Of a stretch of DNA of 64,000 nucleotides, positions 27,687 to 37,064 are shown piece by piece. Below the pieces are notes generated by a model. It was not told where the DNA came from. It saw only the letters and a program-made list of their open reading frames with translations, and did no database searches. The position numbers and the translations under genes are program-made. Numbering within the stretch: the stretch's first letter is position 1; each line of letters opens with the position of its first letter. The DNA comes from a virus, in the IMG/VR virus record IMGVR_UViG_3300006947_000003, positions 1 through 64,000 of that record. One strand, written 5' to 3'.

Positions 27687-28418
27687 TTATTTCCTGTAAT
27701 GCCTATGTGTATAATGTTGCCAATCGTGTTGTACACCTACAGGCCAAAATGTATTCGCATGTACTCGATCAACTCGGACATCATGTCCTTCTGTAATTAG
27801 TTCGTTATAAACCGCCGCAACATAATATTCTCCATATTCTGGTGGCTTACTTAATAATGTGTTAACACTATCGTTAAATACTTCACCGTTATGGAAATGA
27901 TAAAATCCAGTGGTAGCATTGTTCGTAGGAAGTCCTGCTGTTGTTTTTTCCGTACATAGATGAACCTTATCAGTATCACCTTCGGTATGAGCAAAACTAT
28001 GTCGTTCGGTATCTGTGTGATTATAAATTGCTATGTAACTAGACTCGGGGTTATTAGTTATTTTCTTTTGTAGGCTAGTAGTATCCCATTCAAACACTTG
28101 ATCGCAATTAACACTAATAAAAGGGTTGCTACTAGTCATTACTTCGCTACATTTTTGTAATGTTTCAGCCGCTCCTTGTGTTGTTTCCTCTATTGCTGTA
28201 ATACTACCCATACTTTCTAACAATGGTTTCATAAAAGGATGATCTTTAAGATGTTGCATTTTTACAACAAAATGCCAATCAGCGTCAGGCCACTCTAAAC
28301 TGTAATACACATTTTGTATCATAGTCGTGTTGCCAGTTCTAATTAAAGGCTTTGGGTAAAGATGTCCTTGTTCCTGGAAACGTGATCCAAGCCCTGCCAT
28401 TGCTACTACTATATTCAT
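27687..28418 (-). CDS. Sugar-phosphate nucleotidyltransferase (NTP_transferase family)
   Basis: VAMAGLGSRF..PKPLI, TQGAAET, NCDQ, EK..ATTGFYHF, EYYVAAVYN. Confidence 0.85.
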   Translation of the reverse strand: MNIVVAMAGLGSRFQEQGHLYPKPLIRTGNTTMIQNVYYSLEWPDADWHFVVKMQHLKDHPFMKPLLESMGSITAIEETTQGAAETLQKCSEVMTSSNPFISVNCDQVFEWDTTSLQKKITNNPESSYIAIYNHTDTERHSFAHTEGDTDKVHLCTEKTTAGLPTNNATTGFYHFHNGEVFNDSVNTLLSKPPEYGEYYVAAVYNELITEGHDVRVDRVHANTFWPVGVQHDWQHYTHRHYRK

Positions 28419-28549
28419 TTGTATATAAACGGATCCCGTTTTTTAATGTCTTTGAGTTTCTTTCTATATGCTCTTTCCATTTTAATTCTATCTACTATAT
28501 CAGTAAAGAATTTCTTAATACGTTTAAGTATTCGTTTAAGTATGTTCAT
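28415..28549 (-). CDS. Small basic 44-aa protein ending KKRDPFIYK
   Basis: Below the ORF-track cutoff; AGGAGAG RBS; ATGA overlap with 28418; MNILKRILKRIKKFFTDIVDRIKMERAYRKKLKDIKKRDPFIYK. Confidence 0.75.
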   Translation of the reverse strand: MNILKRILKRIKKFFTDIVDRIKMERAYRKKLKDIKKRDPFIYK

Positions 28550-29312
28550 TAGACTCTCCTATTTGTTTTATTACAAAGTTTGCTATATGTTTATATCCCA
28601 TTTTATTAGGATGTCGACACTTTAAGACTAAGTCTGGTGTGACAATTGGATTAATTTGTTCTATAAAGGATGGCACATAGTATTTAATATTTTTTGTGAG
28701 TTGGGGGTTGTAGTTATGACTGCTAGTATTAAACTCAGGTATGTCTAATGCTAGGAACTGGTGTAGTTCAATATTATTTGCTTTACATATCTCTTGTAAT
28801 CCCCACATAAAATTTCTGGTTATTGGTACATCTACATCTGGATGTTTTAACATTGTTATTGTCTTATGAAGTTTTTTTGGTTCTTTTACATTACGAAGTA
28901 TGTCTGATCTGTCTACGTCACTAGCGTCCATATTGGCACTATGTGACCATGCCCAATATTGCCTGTCAGTCCAATTGAATTCACTAACACCATTTTCAGA
29001 CCATACCTCTGTTGGAATAGGAATCTCTGTGCGTTCAGCACTTGACCAAGCAACTATAATAACAACTTTAGATAAGTCACCATTGTAGTCTTGTATAAAT
29101 TCTATAGTTCTTCTGTACATTCTAGCGTTACTGCCGCCGCCTCTACCGTCATTAATTAGTTGAGGTATATTGTAATGTTCTTTAACATGCCAAGGCCATG
29201 TGTTATAAAATTTATAACTCTGTTCATCGCTAGGATGATCTGCGTGTTCCAGTCCTTCGCCGTAAGTCCAGCTATCACCTGTTGTATATAAAAGTGTTTT
29301 ATCTTGCATCAT
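28536..29312 (-). CDS. SGNH/GDSL-fold hydrolase/acyltransferase-like
   Basis: GDSWTYG, GRGGGSN, RHPNKMGY. Confidence 0.75.
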   Translation of the reverse strand: MMQDKTLLYTTGDSWTYGEGLEHADHPSDEQSYKFYNTWPWHVKEHYNIPQLINDGRGGGSNARMYRRTIEFIQDYNGDLSKVVIIVAWSSAERTEIPIPTEVWSENGVSEFNWTDRQYWAWSHSANMDASDVDRSDILRNVKEPKKLHKTITMLKHPDVDVPITRNFMWGLQEICKANNIELHQFLALDIPEFNTSSHNYNPQLTKNIKYYVPSFIEQINPIVTPDLVLKCRHPNKMGYKHIANFVIKQIGESNEHT

Positions 29313-30036
29313 ACCATTTCATAATATTGTTAAAAACTACTCTATGCCCTGTGTGATTAAAATGACCACTACCTAGTGAGTCTGGGTAATCTTCACTTAA
29401 TGCTCCAAAGGTTGCTTGAATTGAATTATCTTTAAATGTGTTTTCTAGTTCAGCCCATTCAGTAAGCAACAACCAGTTGTTAGTTTTTTCTTTAAGTCTG
29501 TGTAATTGTGTAGCAAGTAAACTAAAATCTACATGTCGTTTTACTTTACTATCGTGTACTAATTTAATGTACTGATCAAGTGCTGTTATCCTAGACTTTG
29601 GTTCTCTAGATAACGACTGACTAGCCCCTAATTTGTCTTGGGCATGTAATAATAAATTACTACAGGTTTCTGATTGGATTGTATTGTTAGGAGAGAACGG
29701 TAACTTAGTTAAAAGAAATTGATCATAATCCTCATAATTGAGTTCTTCAATACTTATGTTGTGCTTGTTGTTGTATACAATGCCGGGTCGTAGCCAATGT
29801 AATCTATCTTCGTTAGTAGTACTTATAATATAAAATGCATCTTTGTCAAAATTATCAACTATCCATTTAACCATTAAACTAATAGAAAAATTACAGCAAC
29901 CAGGTCTGGCTAAACTTGTTAATGTAGCGTTGAGATGTTCTGCTACTCTAACAGGATACGATACTTCAAATCTATCTTTTCCCAATCCCATGCCGCATGG
30001 GAAACTATCCCCGCAACTAATTATATTTTTTACCAT
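29299..30036 (-). CDS. SGNH/GDSL-fold hydrolase/acyltransferase-like
   Basis: CGDSFPCG, ARPGCCN, GHFNHTGH. Confidence 0.7.
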   Translation of the reverse strand: MVKNIISCGDSFPCGMGLGKDRFEVSYPVRVAEHLNATLTSLARPGCCNFSISLMVKWIVDNFDKDAFYIISTTNEDRLHWLRPGIVYNNKHNISIEELNYEDYDQFLLTKLPFSPNNTIQSETCSNLLLHAQDKLGASQSLSREPKSRITALDQYIKLVHDSKVKRHVDFSLLATQLHRLKEKTNNWLLLTEWAELENTFKDNSIQATFGALSEDYPDSLGSGHFNHTGHRVVFNNIMKWYDAR

Positions 30037-30360
30037 TTAAAATACTCCGTCTGTGTGTGGTGTTGAGGCATTGTTTAATTTGTTTTCTAATTCTTGTTTA
30101 GACGATCCAACAGCCTGTAAGGCCTCTTCGCATGTTGCTGGAAGGCGTTTACCGTTGTACGTATCGTCGTATGCTTTCCAGAATGCTGATTGAATATTTT
30201 CCTCTACGTCATTTTCTTTCATAACTATTGTCATCTTATCTTTAAACTTTTCTAATTTTGGTAAGTCTTCTTCGCATACTTGTACAATACCACCCGCGGC
30301 TGCGCCAACGAACATTGCGGCAATCACATTTGGTATAGCATTAAGAAACAGTTCTACCAT
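30037..30360 (-). CDS. Hypothetical protein with hydrophobic N-terminus
   Basis: NVIAAMFVGAAAGGIV hydrophobic segment; in operon. Confidence 0.55.
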   Translation of the reverse strand: MVELFLNAIPNVIAAMFVGAAAGGIVQVCEEDLPKLEKFKDKMTIVMKENDVEENIQSAFWKAYDDTYNGKRLPATCEEALQAVGSSKQELENKLNNASTPHTDGVF

Positions 30361-31220
30361 TTTAGTTCCTTTTTAATATATTTTTCAAGTTTGTCGGCCC
30401 ATAGTGTATGACCTAATTCGTTAGGATGTTGCCCAATAATTGTTGAATCTAATCCTCTATCTTTTAAGAAACCAAAAAAACTATCTGATAGAAATGTTTT
30501 TTGATCTAAACATTCCCACATAGTCTTATTCATCTCGTTGCCGTAATGATGATGGCGCCCAGGGTGGTTCTCTCCTAATTCTGCTTTTTTAAATTGGTCA
30601 TTTATATAACCAGAGTTTTTATAATCTACAAAAGTATCAATATCCTCATCTGCTCCGTGTATACCTACTCCTCTATCGTAGAATGCTTGGAACATTAATA
30701 ATTTAATATTATGTACTTTACATAAGTTTTCCATTGCTGTTAATTGATGAACATATCTGTTTAATGCTTCACGCTCGTCCCATAGATACGTTACATATTG
30801 TTTAAAGAATTCGTTCATACCTGGCTGATGATAATCATGACCTGCTTGTTGCGGCCATATAGTTGTCCAGTTGCTAGTTCCTTTTTTGTATGGATCTGTA
30901 TAGAAAAAGTCTTTGCGCTCTGGACTAGTCCATCCAACAATGATAGCAAGGTCGCAACAGTCTTTATTTTGACCAATGTAGTTTTCATACAACCAACTTT
31001 CGGTGTGTCTTACTATACGATCGTTACTAGCCGCCGGGTAAGATATATTAGTTAATCCCATGCCTAACCTTTTAGCAAGTATTGTTGGCCAAATTTTAGG
31101 AATACGATAACTGTTATTTTTTACGTCCCAGTCAGCAACTGCTGTAGGCAATTTTGGATCTTTAATCTCAGATCCAAATGACCAGCTGTCGCCCGCTACT
31201 AATAACTCACTCATATTCAT
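30354..31220 (-). CDS. SGNH/GDSL-fold hydrolase/acyltransferase-like
   Basis: AGDSWSFG, PAASNDRI, GWTSPER, QHPNELGH. Confidence 0.75.
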   Translation of the reverse strand: MNMSELLVAGDSWSFGSEIKDPKLPTAVADWDVKNNSYRIPKIWPTILAKRLGMGLTNISYPAASNDRIVRHTESWLYENYIGQNKDCCDLAIIVGWTSPERKDFFYTDPYKKGTSNWTTIWPQQAGHDYHQPGMNEFFKQYVTYLWDEREALNRYVHQLTAMENLCKVHNIKLLMFQAFYDRGVGIHGADEDIDTFVDYKNSGYINDQFKKAELGENHPGRHHHYGNEMNKTMWECLDQKTFLSDSFFGFLKDRGLDSTIIGQHPNELGHTLWADKLEKYIKKELKW

Positions 31221-31647
31221 ATCCTAGTTTAGTATTATATTCTTTAAACATTTTTAATATATTGGGTTTTAATTCTTTCATAACATCATTTTCTTTATAA
31301 CGAGATTTTTCTTTGTGCTCTGGGTAAAATTTTTCGCCAGTTAGTTGTTGTATGTAATTAGCTGTTGTTTCCATGCTGTTGTAGTGAAAGCGTTTACAGT
31401 TACTAGGAATATCAGGAATATCAGGAACAACAACTTTATCTAAAAATTTCTTTTGTATTAGACCGCTATCATGCCATTGATCAAAGAATATTCTAAAGCA
31501 ATCTTTGTATACAATAAAACTATGTAATGCTGTATTAGTATCTGATTCTATTGTAGCGTGTTTGTGATTTTTAAATCCGTACAGCATTTCTTCGTCTGCG
31601 CCTGAGATATTATAATAACAAAATAAGCCAACGGTGCTAATAATCAT
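31207..31647 (-). CDS. Hypothetical protein
   Basis: TAATG overlap start at 31647; in operon. Confidence 0.5.
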   Translation of the reverse strand: MIISTVGLFCYYNISGADEEMLYGFKNHKHATIESDTNTALHSFIVYKDCFRIFFDQWHDSGLIQKKFLDKVVVPDIPDIPSNCKRFHYNSMETTANYIQQLTGEKFYPEHKEKSRYKENDVMKELKPNILKMFKEYNTKLGYEYE

Positions 31648-32369
31648 TAATACGCATCTCTTATTGTTTGCCAATCTAATACAGGATCTAAGTCAACTAC
31701 TGATGTACGCCAGAGTGTTTCGCCTAATTGGGGATTAAGTTGTATCATTCTTAAATTGTATTTTTGTCCTAATTGATACATTATTGTTCCTGGTGAATAC
31801 ATAGTATCTTCTGGGTCTATGTTACCACCAGTTATACATGTTTGTTGTTTTTGCATTAATGTCCAATTATAATACCTGTAACTATCACTAACAATGTCCA
31901 TAGCATGACTATTACCCCAGTATATTATATCACTAAAGCCATGTGTAGCAAAGTCGGTTAATACTAATCCATTGTTGCCTATGCTATAGTATATGCTTCG
32001 ATCAATTACATCTGTATATGTCCAACGCTTGTGTACTGGTATTAGTAAATCAAATCTACATTTAATTACAATGTCGTATCTAAAGTTATTTTTAATTTCG
32101 TGTTGCCTTTTAAGCCAATTGGATTGCTGTATACTGTATAACATATTGCCACAAAAGCCTTTGTGTTTCCATGGTGTTTCTACAAATGACTCAACGGGAT
32201 CTAAAAGTTCGTTAAGTTGTGCCCAGTCTTCTTCGGGCTGGTCATCGTCCCAAGCATGATAAAAATGATCTGCTTTTATGTTTTCAAAAAACTTTAACAA
32301 GTAAGGAACAGCTCGTAGTCCAGTTCTTAATTGCCCGCTCCAACATATAGCAATTTTAGGTGATCTCAT
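31647..32369 (-). CDS. Putative glycosyltransferase-like protein (IAxCxSGQxR family)
   Basis: IAICWSGQLR, HAW, YDIVIKCRFD. Confidence 0.6.
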   Translation of the reverse strand: MRSPKIAICWSGQLRTGLRAVPYLLKFFENIKADHFYHAWDDDQPEEDWAQLNELLDPVESFVETPWKHKGFCGNMLYSIQQSNWLKRQHEIKNNFRYDIVIKCRFDLLIPVHKRWTYTDVIDRSIYYSIGNNGLVLTDFATHGFSDIIYWGNSHAMDIVSDSYRYYNWTLMQKQQTCITGGNIDPEDTMYSPGTIMYQLGQKYNLRMIQLNPQLGETLWRTSVVDLDPVLDWQTIRDAY

Positions 32370-33189
32370 GGGAACCTCCGCTGTAATGGTTTTCTTCTCG
32401 TTTTAATTTTATAGGCATGTATGTTTGCTTAGGTTTAATATGGTTTGCTTTTATATGAAATGATAAAACGTGTTCAGGCCCGTATGCTTCTTGCCTGCCT
32501 AAATCAAACCATTCTCGTTTATACTTTGGAATACAACTATAAAAATCACAAATACGATCATAATCAAAACTAGGAGCTGACCAGTAAACATCACTACATC
32601 TGTATCTATGAAAATCGTCAAACGTTTGATGTATTACATTAACGTTGCCTAATGCTATTGGTGACAACCTATATTCTTCTTCAACAATCTTGCCTAATGC
32701 TATTGGCTGAAAGCGTTCTCCTTCAGCCGTGATGTCTAATGCTGGCGGTGACATCTTATATTCTTCTTCAACATAGTTGTCAAATCTCATTCTAACACAC
32801 AAATCATATTCCATAGCAAACTCGCGTTCGTACTGTTGCTTTAAATGGCAAGCCATCATTACACCATAAAACTGGCTATGATAATTAGGGTCAAATACTG
32901 CCCATTCGTGTTGATCCTTACCTCTGTTAACAAAGTCAATGGGATCTTCAACTAATATTTTTTTAGGTTTTAATAATCTCTTAACTATATTAAGTTCTGT
33001 ATTACTGTGAACTTTTTCTTCGTTATCGTTATTAGCGTGTGCTACTTTATTTGGCGCTGTAGAGTTAGTCCACGTATGTACAAAATAGTCTACTTCGTCG
33101 GTGAGTGGGTCAAACATTTTCTCCCAACTAGGAATACATTCTTCGTATCTTCCTCTTAACTGGCCACTGACACAAACTGCTATTTTCAT
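32356..33189 (-). CDS. Putative glycosyltransferase-like protein (IAxCxSGQxR family), with internal duplication
   Basis: IAVCVSGQLR, FVHTW, SQFYG, YDLCVRMRFD, GPEHVL. Confidence 0.6.
   Translation of the reverse strand: MKIAVCVSGQLRGRYEECIPSWEKMFDPLTDEVDYFVHTWTNSTAPNKVAHANNDNEEKVHSNTELNIVKRLLKPKKILVEDPIDFVNRGKDQHEWAVFDPNYHSQFYGVMMACHLKQQYEREFAMEYDLCVRMRFDNYVEEEYKMSPPALDITAEGERFQPIALGKIVEEEYRLSPIALGNVNVIHQTFDDFHRYRCSDVYWSAPSFDYDRICDFYSCIPKYKREWFDLGRQEAYGPEHVLSFHIKANHIKPKQTYMPIKLKREENHYSGGSHEIT
32645..32773. repeat. Interleaved 17-bp direct repeats within a CDS
   Basis: ttgcctaatgctattgg at 32645 and 32690; tatattcttcttcaaca at 32670 and 32757. Confidence 0.8.
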
Positions 33190-33626
33190 TCTATAACTCC
33201 GATGTAATCACTACAAATACCGTAGCAATCTTTATATATTTTTAATTCTTCTGCTGTAGGTCTTTCCATATGACAAACAACTGACTTAGGACCATACTTG
33301 TTATAATCTGAATGTGTCCAAATATAACCATGGTTTGTTAATGTAACATCGTCTCCTTGGTGCCAAAAACAATTAATGCCTTCGTTGGTCATATACTCTA
33401 GTGCTTGTATGTCTTTAGCGTGGCACCATAACCCCTTCATTTTTAGCATATTCTTGTTAACTGATGCTATAGGGCTATCGTGTCCTAGTTGAACCATACC
33501 GTTGCTATACCACACATCTATTTCAACATCATATCCTTCTGCTAGTGCTTCAAAAATATAATGTGGGCTGTTTTCCCTTTTAGGATTTGGCCCAAATAAA
33601 TTACCTCTATGACTTATCTTTCTCAT
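33186..33626 (-). CDS. Glycerophosphodiester phosphodiesterase-like (PLC-like) protein
   Basis: ISHRGN..ENSP..DVEIDVW..LGHD..WCHAK..GICSD. Confidence 0.75.
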   Translation of the reverse strand: MRKISHRGNLFGPNPKRENSPHYIFEALAEGYDVEIDVWYSNGMVQLGHDSPIASVNKNMLKMKGLWCHAKDIQALEYMTNEGINCFWHQGDDVTLTNHGYIWTHSDYNKYGPKSVVCHMERPTAEELKIYKDCYGICSDYIGVIE

Positions 33627-34372
33627 CCTACAAACGCCTTTTCTAAAACAAACGTTCCTTGTTCTTTAACACTACCTTCTTTCCAGCCGCGTCCTTCTAA
33701 ATATTCTTTCATCTCCATATTAAATGCCATGCTACCACATAGCATAACTTTATCTGTTTCTGGAGTTGCTTCGCTAAACAACGTTCCGTCTTTAATTAAA
33801 TTTGTTATTCTTCCTTTATGTTTGTGTGTAAGTCCCTCGTAATTTAAAGGTTCTTCACGTGTAAGTGTTGGAATATATGTACACTTGCCCATATTTAATA
33901 TACTAGCATAAGACTCTTGGGCGTTGTGTGTGCCTGTTGTCCAAGTAACATATACATTATCATAATATTCAAACGTCTCAGGGTCTCTTAATATACTCAT
34001 GAACGGAGCAATACCTGTACCGGTTGCCATTAGCCATAAGTTACCACCAAGTGCTATATTGGAAGTTGTTAATGTTCCTGTAGGCTTCTCACCTACAATT
34101 AATTCATCACCCACTTTAATATGCTGTAGTTTACTTGTTAATGGACCGTCGGGTACTTTGATACTATAGAATTCTAAAAACTCGTCATATGGCCCACTAC
34201 AAATACTGTATGCCCTCATTATAGGTTTGTTCTTTTGTAGTTTTTCTGACCAGTTGTCCAACCCAATCATTACAAACTCACCTGCTCTAAATCTAAAAGT
34301 ATTAGGTCTCTCTGTTCTAATTTTAAACAATGTGTCCGTAAAGTGTTCGACTCTAGTTACTTTTACTATCAA
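33623..34372 (-). CDS. fpr: Ferredoxin/flavodoxin-NADP+ reductase
   Basis: FRAGEFVMIGL, MRAYSI, YSIKVPDGPLTSKLQ, ATGTGIAPFMS, MLCGS, FVLEKAFV; probable TTG start at 34372 with GGAG RBS. Confidence 0.93.
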   Translation of the reverse strand: MIVKVTRVEHFTDTLFKIRTERPNTFRFRAGEFVMIGLDNWSEKLQKNKPIMRAYSICSGPYDEFLEFYSIKVPDGPLTSKLQHIKVGDELIVGEKPTGTLTTSNIALGGNLWLMATGTGIAPFMSILRDPETFEYYDNVYVTWTTGTHNAQESYASILNMGKCTYIPTLTREEPLNYEGLTHKHKGRITNLIKDGTLFSEATPETDKVMLCGSMAFNMEMKEYLEGRGWKEGSVKEQGTFVLEKAFVG

Positions 34373-34860
34373 AATAAATGTCTCCATTGTATATTAGGAT
34401 GTTGGTGTTCAATAGCTTTCATTTTTTCTTTCCATGTATCCATTAATGCTCGATCCCATTTAGTTTGTTGTGTTTTGTCCATATCCCACGGCGTAGGTTT
34501 AGTCCAAGACCAGGTTTCGTCTTTCTCTATACGATTTTTTAAACAGTCAAAGCCTACTGTATGAATAATTGTGCCACCTAGTTCAACAGCATATTTCATT
34601 TGTAAAGTTCCTGTAATATCAAAATCGTCCGCTTCTTTAGGCACAATAAAGTTTTCTTTATCATTCCATTTAGTAATAATTTTGCCTTTGTATTCGTCGC
34701 TTAATAGTAATGCTGGTTCTTTGTCTGCTACCGCAATAAAATCTAAATCATTAAATCGTTTGTATTGGCGTTTTGTTCCTAGTTTAAAATCATATGGATA
34801 GTTACAAATATGTAAATTATCTTTTAAACTAACACCATTGCCTATACATAAGATTTTCAT
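34369..34860 (-). CDS. Hypothetical protein (IGNGxS motif, sialyltransferase/Maf-like fold possible)
   Basis: CIGNGVSL..DFIAVAD..TG..AVELG..VGFD. Confidence 0.5.
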   Translation of the reverse strand: MKILCIGNGVSLKDNLHICNYPYDFKLGTKRQYKRFNDLDFIAVADKEPALLLSDEYKGKIITKWNDKENFIVPKEADDFDITGTLQMKYAVELGGTIIHTVGFDCLKNRIEKDETWSWTKPTPWDMDKTQQTKWDRALMDTWKEKMKAIEHQHPNIQWRHLF

Positions 34861-35777
34861 TTTATGTCACGCTCGGTTAACATAACACCGTACCTAGTAG
34901 GATTAGTGTAAACCATTTTAAACCATTTACTAGCATCAGCATCTAAGTCAGCAATTCTAAATTGTAAATCGTCTCTTAATTTAACACCATATTCAAGTAT
35001 CGCTTCTTTGCGTTTTGTTTCGTCATCATATTTAACTAATACTTCTTGTACCATTTTCTGCATGTAGTCGTAGTCAGCAATTAATGTATGGTCTTTTCTT
35101 TCTACATTAGTTTCGTATGTTCCCATTCTTGCTCCTAGTACTGCCCAGTCGCCGTATTCTATATCAACGCCAACGCTACACCATATTGCTAATCTGTGTA
35201 AATTCTTATAGTGGTTCTTTTCTAAGTAATCCCATTTGTCGGGGAGCATGCCTTGATCTAAACTTAACTTAATGCCTTCTCGATATCCGCCCCTAAACGC
35301 TTGTTCAGGACTTCCGTTAACACAGACATCACTCATAGTATCTGCCATTTGGAAGTATGTAACCATCCAACAAAAGTCTACAGCGTCTTGTTCATTAGTT
35401 GATTTCTCGTGACTCTCCATATTAGTAATGATGTGTTTAGGCCAAAGTTTAACGCCTCCGTTTCCGTATGCTAAACCGTTGATAATATTATGTCCACACC
35501 AACTGAATACAAAGTCCTTTTGTGCTTCGTCATCTATTTCTAATACTTCATTAAAAAACTCTTCTCTTACTCTGTTGTCGCCGTCAATAGTAAATACCCT
35601 GTCAGTATCACTAATTTGTCCTGCTTCATTGTGCGCGGCATCAAACCCCTTAACTCCGTGTACTCGTTTTGCCCATGGGCATTTACTTTTTAAATCAGCC
35701 CAGTTCTTTTCGGCATTGGGTTCGTCGTATGAGATATACACGACATCGAAGTCACTTACTTTATATTGTTTAATCAT
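34857..35777 (-). CDS. Glycosyltransferase-like (GT-A type) phage protein
   Basis: YISYDEPNA, RVHGVKGFDAAH, IDGDN (DxD), NGLAYGNGGVKLW, AFRGGYREG. Confidence 0.6.
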   Translation of the reverse strand: MIKQYKVSDFDVVYISYDEPNAEKNWADLKSKCPWAKRVHGVKGFDAAHNEAGQISDTDRVFTIDGDNRVREEFFNEVLEIDDEAQKDFVFSWCGHNIINGLAYGNGGVKLWPKHIITNMESHEKSTNEQDAVDFCWMVTYFQMADTMSDVCVNGSPEQAFRGGYREGIKLSLDQGMLPDKWDYLEKNHYKNLHRLAIWCSVGVDIEYGDWAVLGARMGTYETNVERKDHTLIADYDYMQKMVQEVLVKYDDETKRKEAILEYGVKLRDDLQFRIADLDADASKWFKMVYTNPTRYGVMLTERDIK

Positions 35778-36339
35778 TGATTGTCCTATAGCTTACTAGC
35801 ATGTCTAAATTGTATCTAGATATTAATGAGATTTCTTGATGGTTGAGGTAATTGTCAATATCGTATTCGTATTCACCGGTAGATTGTAAGGGTATACGTT
35901 TTAACATTATTGAATGTTGACCTTTAGGTGTAACCCAAAGTGTTTTCTGATCAGGTAAATTTCCCCTAGACTCTAATTTTAATTTCCTAGTAGTAGGGTT
36001 ATATTCAAATCTGAAAAGGCGCTTTGGGTTGTATTCTGTTACTACATGAATACGTTTAGTTGCCGCCATTGCTTCGGCACTAATATTTATTAGTTGAGGG
36101 GGAGATTGCCCAGTATCTACCATCCAGTTTTTTAAATTAAATTCGGATAACTCTACATACCTATCCCTACTAATGCGAATATAATGATCGTCTTTATAAT
36201 CTCCATCTTCTTTTGGAGCAAGTGCTATAATTTGACCAAAGTCGTTATAATATATTCTATGCTGACTTGCTTTTGTTGTTTGCTTAACATCTACATTAAA
36301 CAATTGGTCAACTAGTGCTTGAACGTCTTCTTGTTTCAT
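35770..36339 (-). CDS. Hypothetical protein
   Basis: 189-aa ORF overlapping both neighbours. Confidence 0.6.
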   Translation of the reverse strand: MKQEDVQALVDQLFNVDVKQTTKASQHRIYYNDFGQIIALAPKEDGDYKDDHYIRISRDRYVELSEFNLKNWMVDTGQSPPQLINISAEAMAATKRIHVVTEYNPKRLFRFEYNPTTRKLKLESRGNLPDQKTLWVTPKGQHSIMLKRIPLQSTGEYEYDIDNYLNHQEISLISRYNLDMLVSYRTIND

Positions 36340-37064
36340 AGCAATTCCTCGTTTAGTTTTGTATATGTTTTAATCATTTCGCATATATTGTCTAGTTTTA
36401 TTTTATCCAACATGCTTCTACTAGATAACGTACTTGTTAAGAACCGTTTAATTTCATTTCTATCTATGTCAATAAACATTTTATTATAGCTAATCTTAAC
36501 AATTGGCGGAGATTCTTTAAGACCAATCTGTTGATTTTTGTAAAATGTTGACGCTACCTCTTTATAATTTTCTAATAATACTTTAGCAACTCTCTTAGTG
36601 TGTGTTTTTAAAATTTGTAATTTTAATACTCTAGCATGTCCTTCTAGATCTAAGTCCATTGATAATAAATGCTTTACGTTTTTAAATTTATGTGTTATAC
36701 CGGCTGGATAATTGTGCGGATGTACTATTATTGTCGAGGCATTGCTTTTTTTAACCTTTGATATTTCTATAGCAAGTTTTGTATGAGTATTCTGTATAAT
36801 GTCACTTAATGGGTCAGCTATTGCCTTTACAACATGCCCCGGAGTATCATACATTAAGAAATGAACTTCGTCAATTGGTACACCCATACGGGCTTTGGCA
36901 TTAAACGATTTCCAGTTGTTATTTTTAGGATAGTCTTCTTCTGTTAAAGCAGGAACGTTATCATAACAGTACTGTTGTAAGTATCCTAAGAAATCACGAC
37001 CAGAACCAGCTGGCATTGATACGATTGCTATTATAATATTTTTGTATATATCCTCGATACTCAT
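36336..37064 (-). CDS. Hypothetical protein, P-loop/sulfotransferase-like
   Basis: IVSMPAGSGRDFLGYL loop; HPH. Confidence 0.5.
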   Translation of the reverse strand: MSIEDIYKNIIIAIVSMPAGSGRDFLGYLQQYCYDNVPALTEEDYPKNNNWKSFNAKARMGVPIDEVHFLMYDTPGHVVKAIADPLSDIIQNTHTKLAIEISKVKKSNASTIIVHPHNYPAGITHKFKNVKHLLSMDLDLEGHARVLKLQILKTHTKRVAKVLLENYKEVASTFYKNQQIGLKESPPIVKISYNKMFIDIDRNEIKRFLTSTLSSRSMLDKIKLDNICEMIKTYTKLNEELL

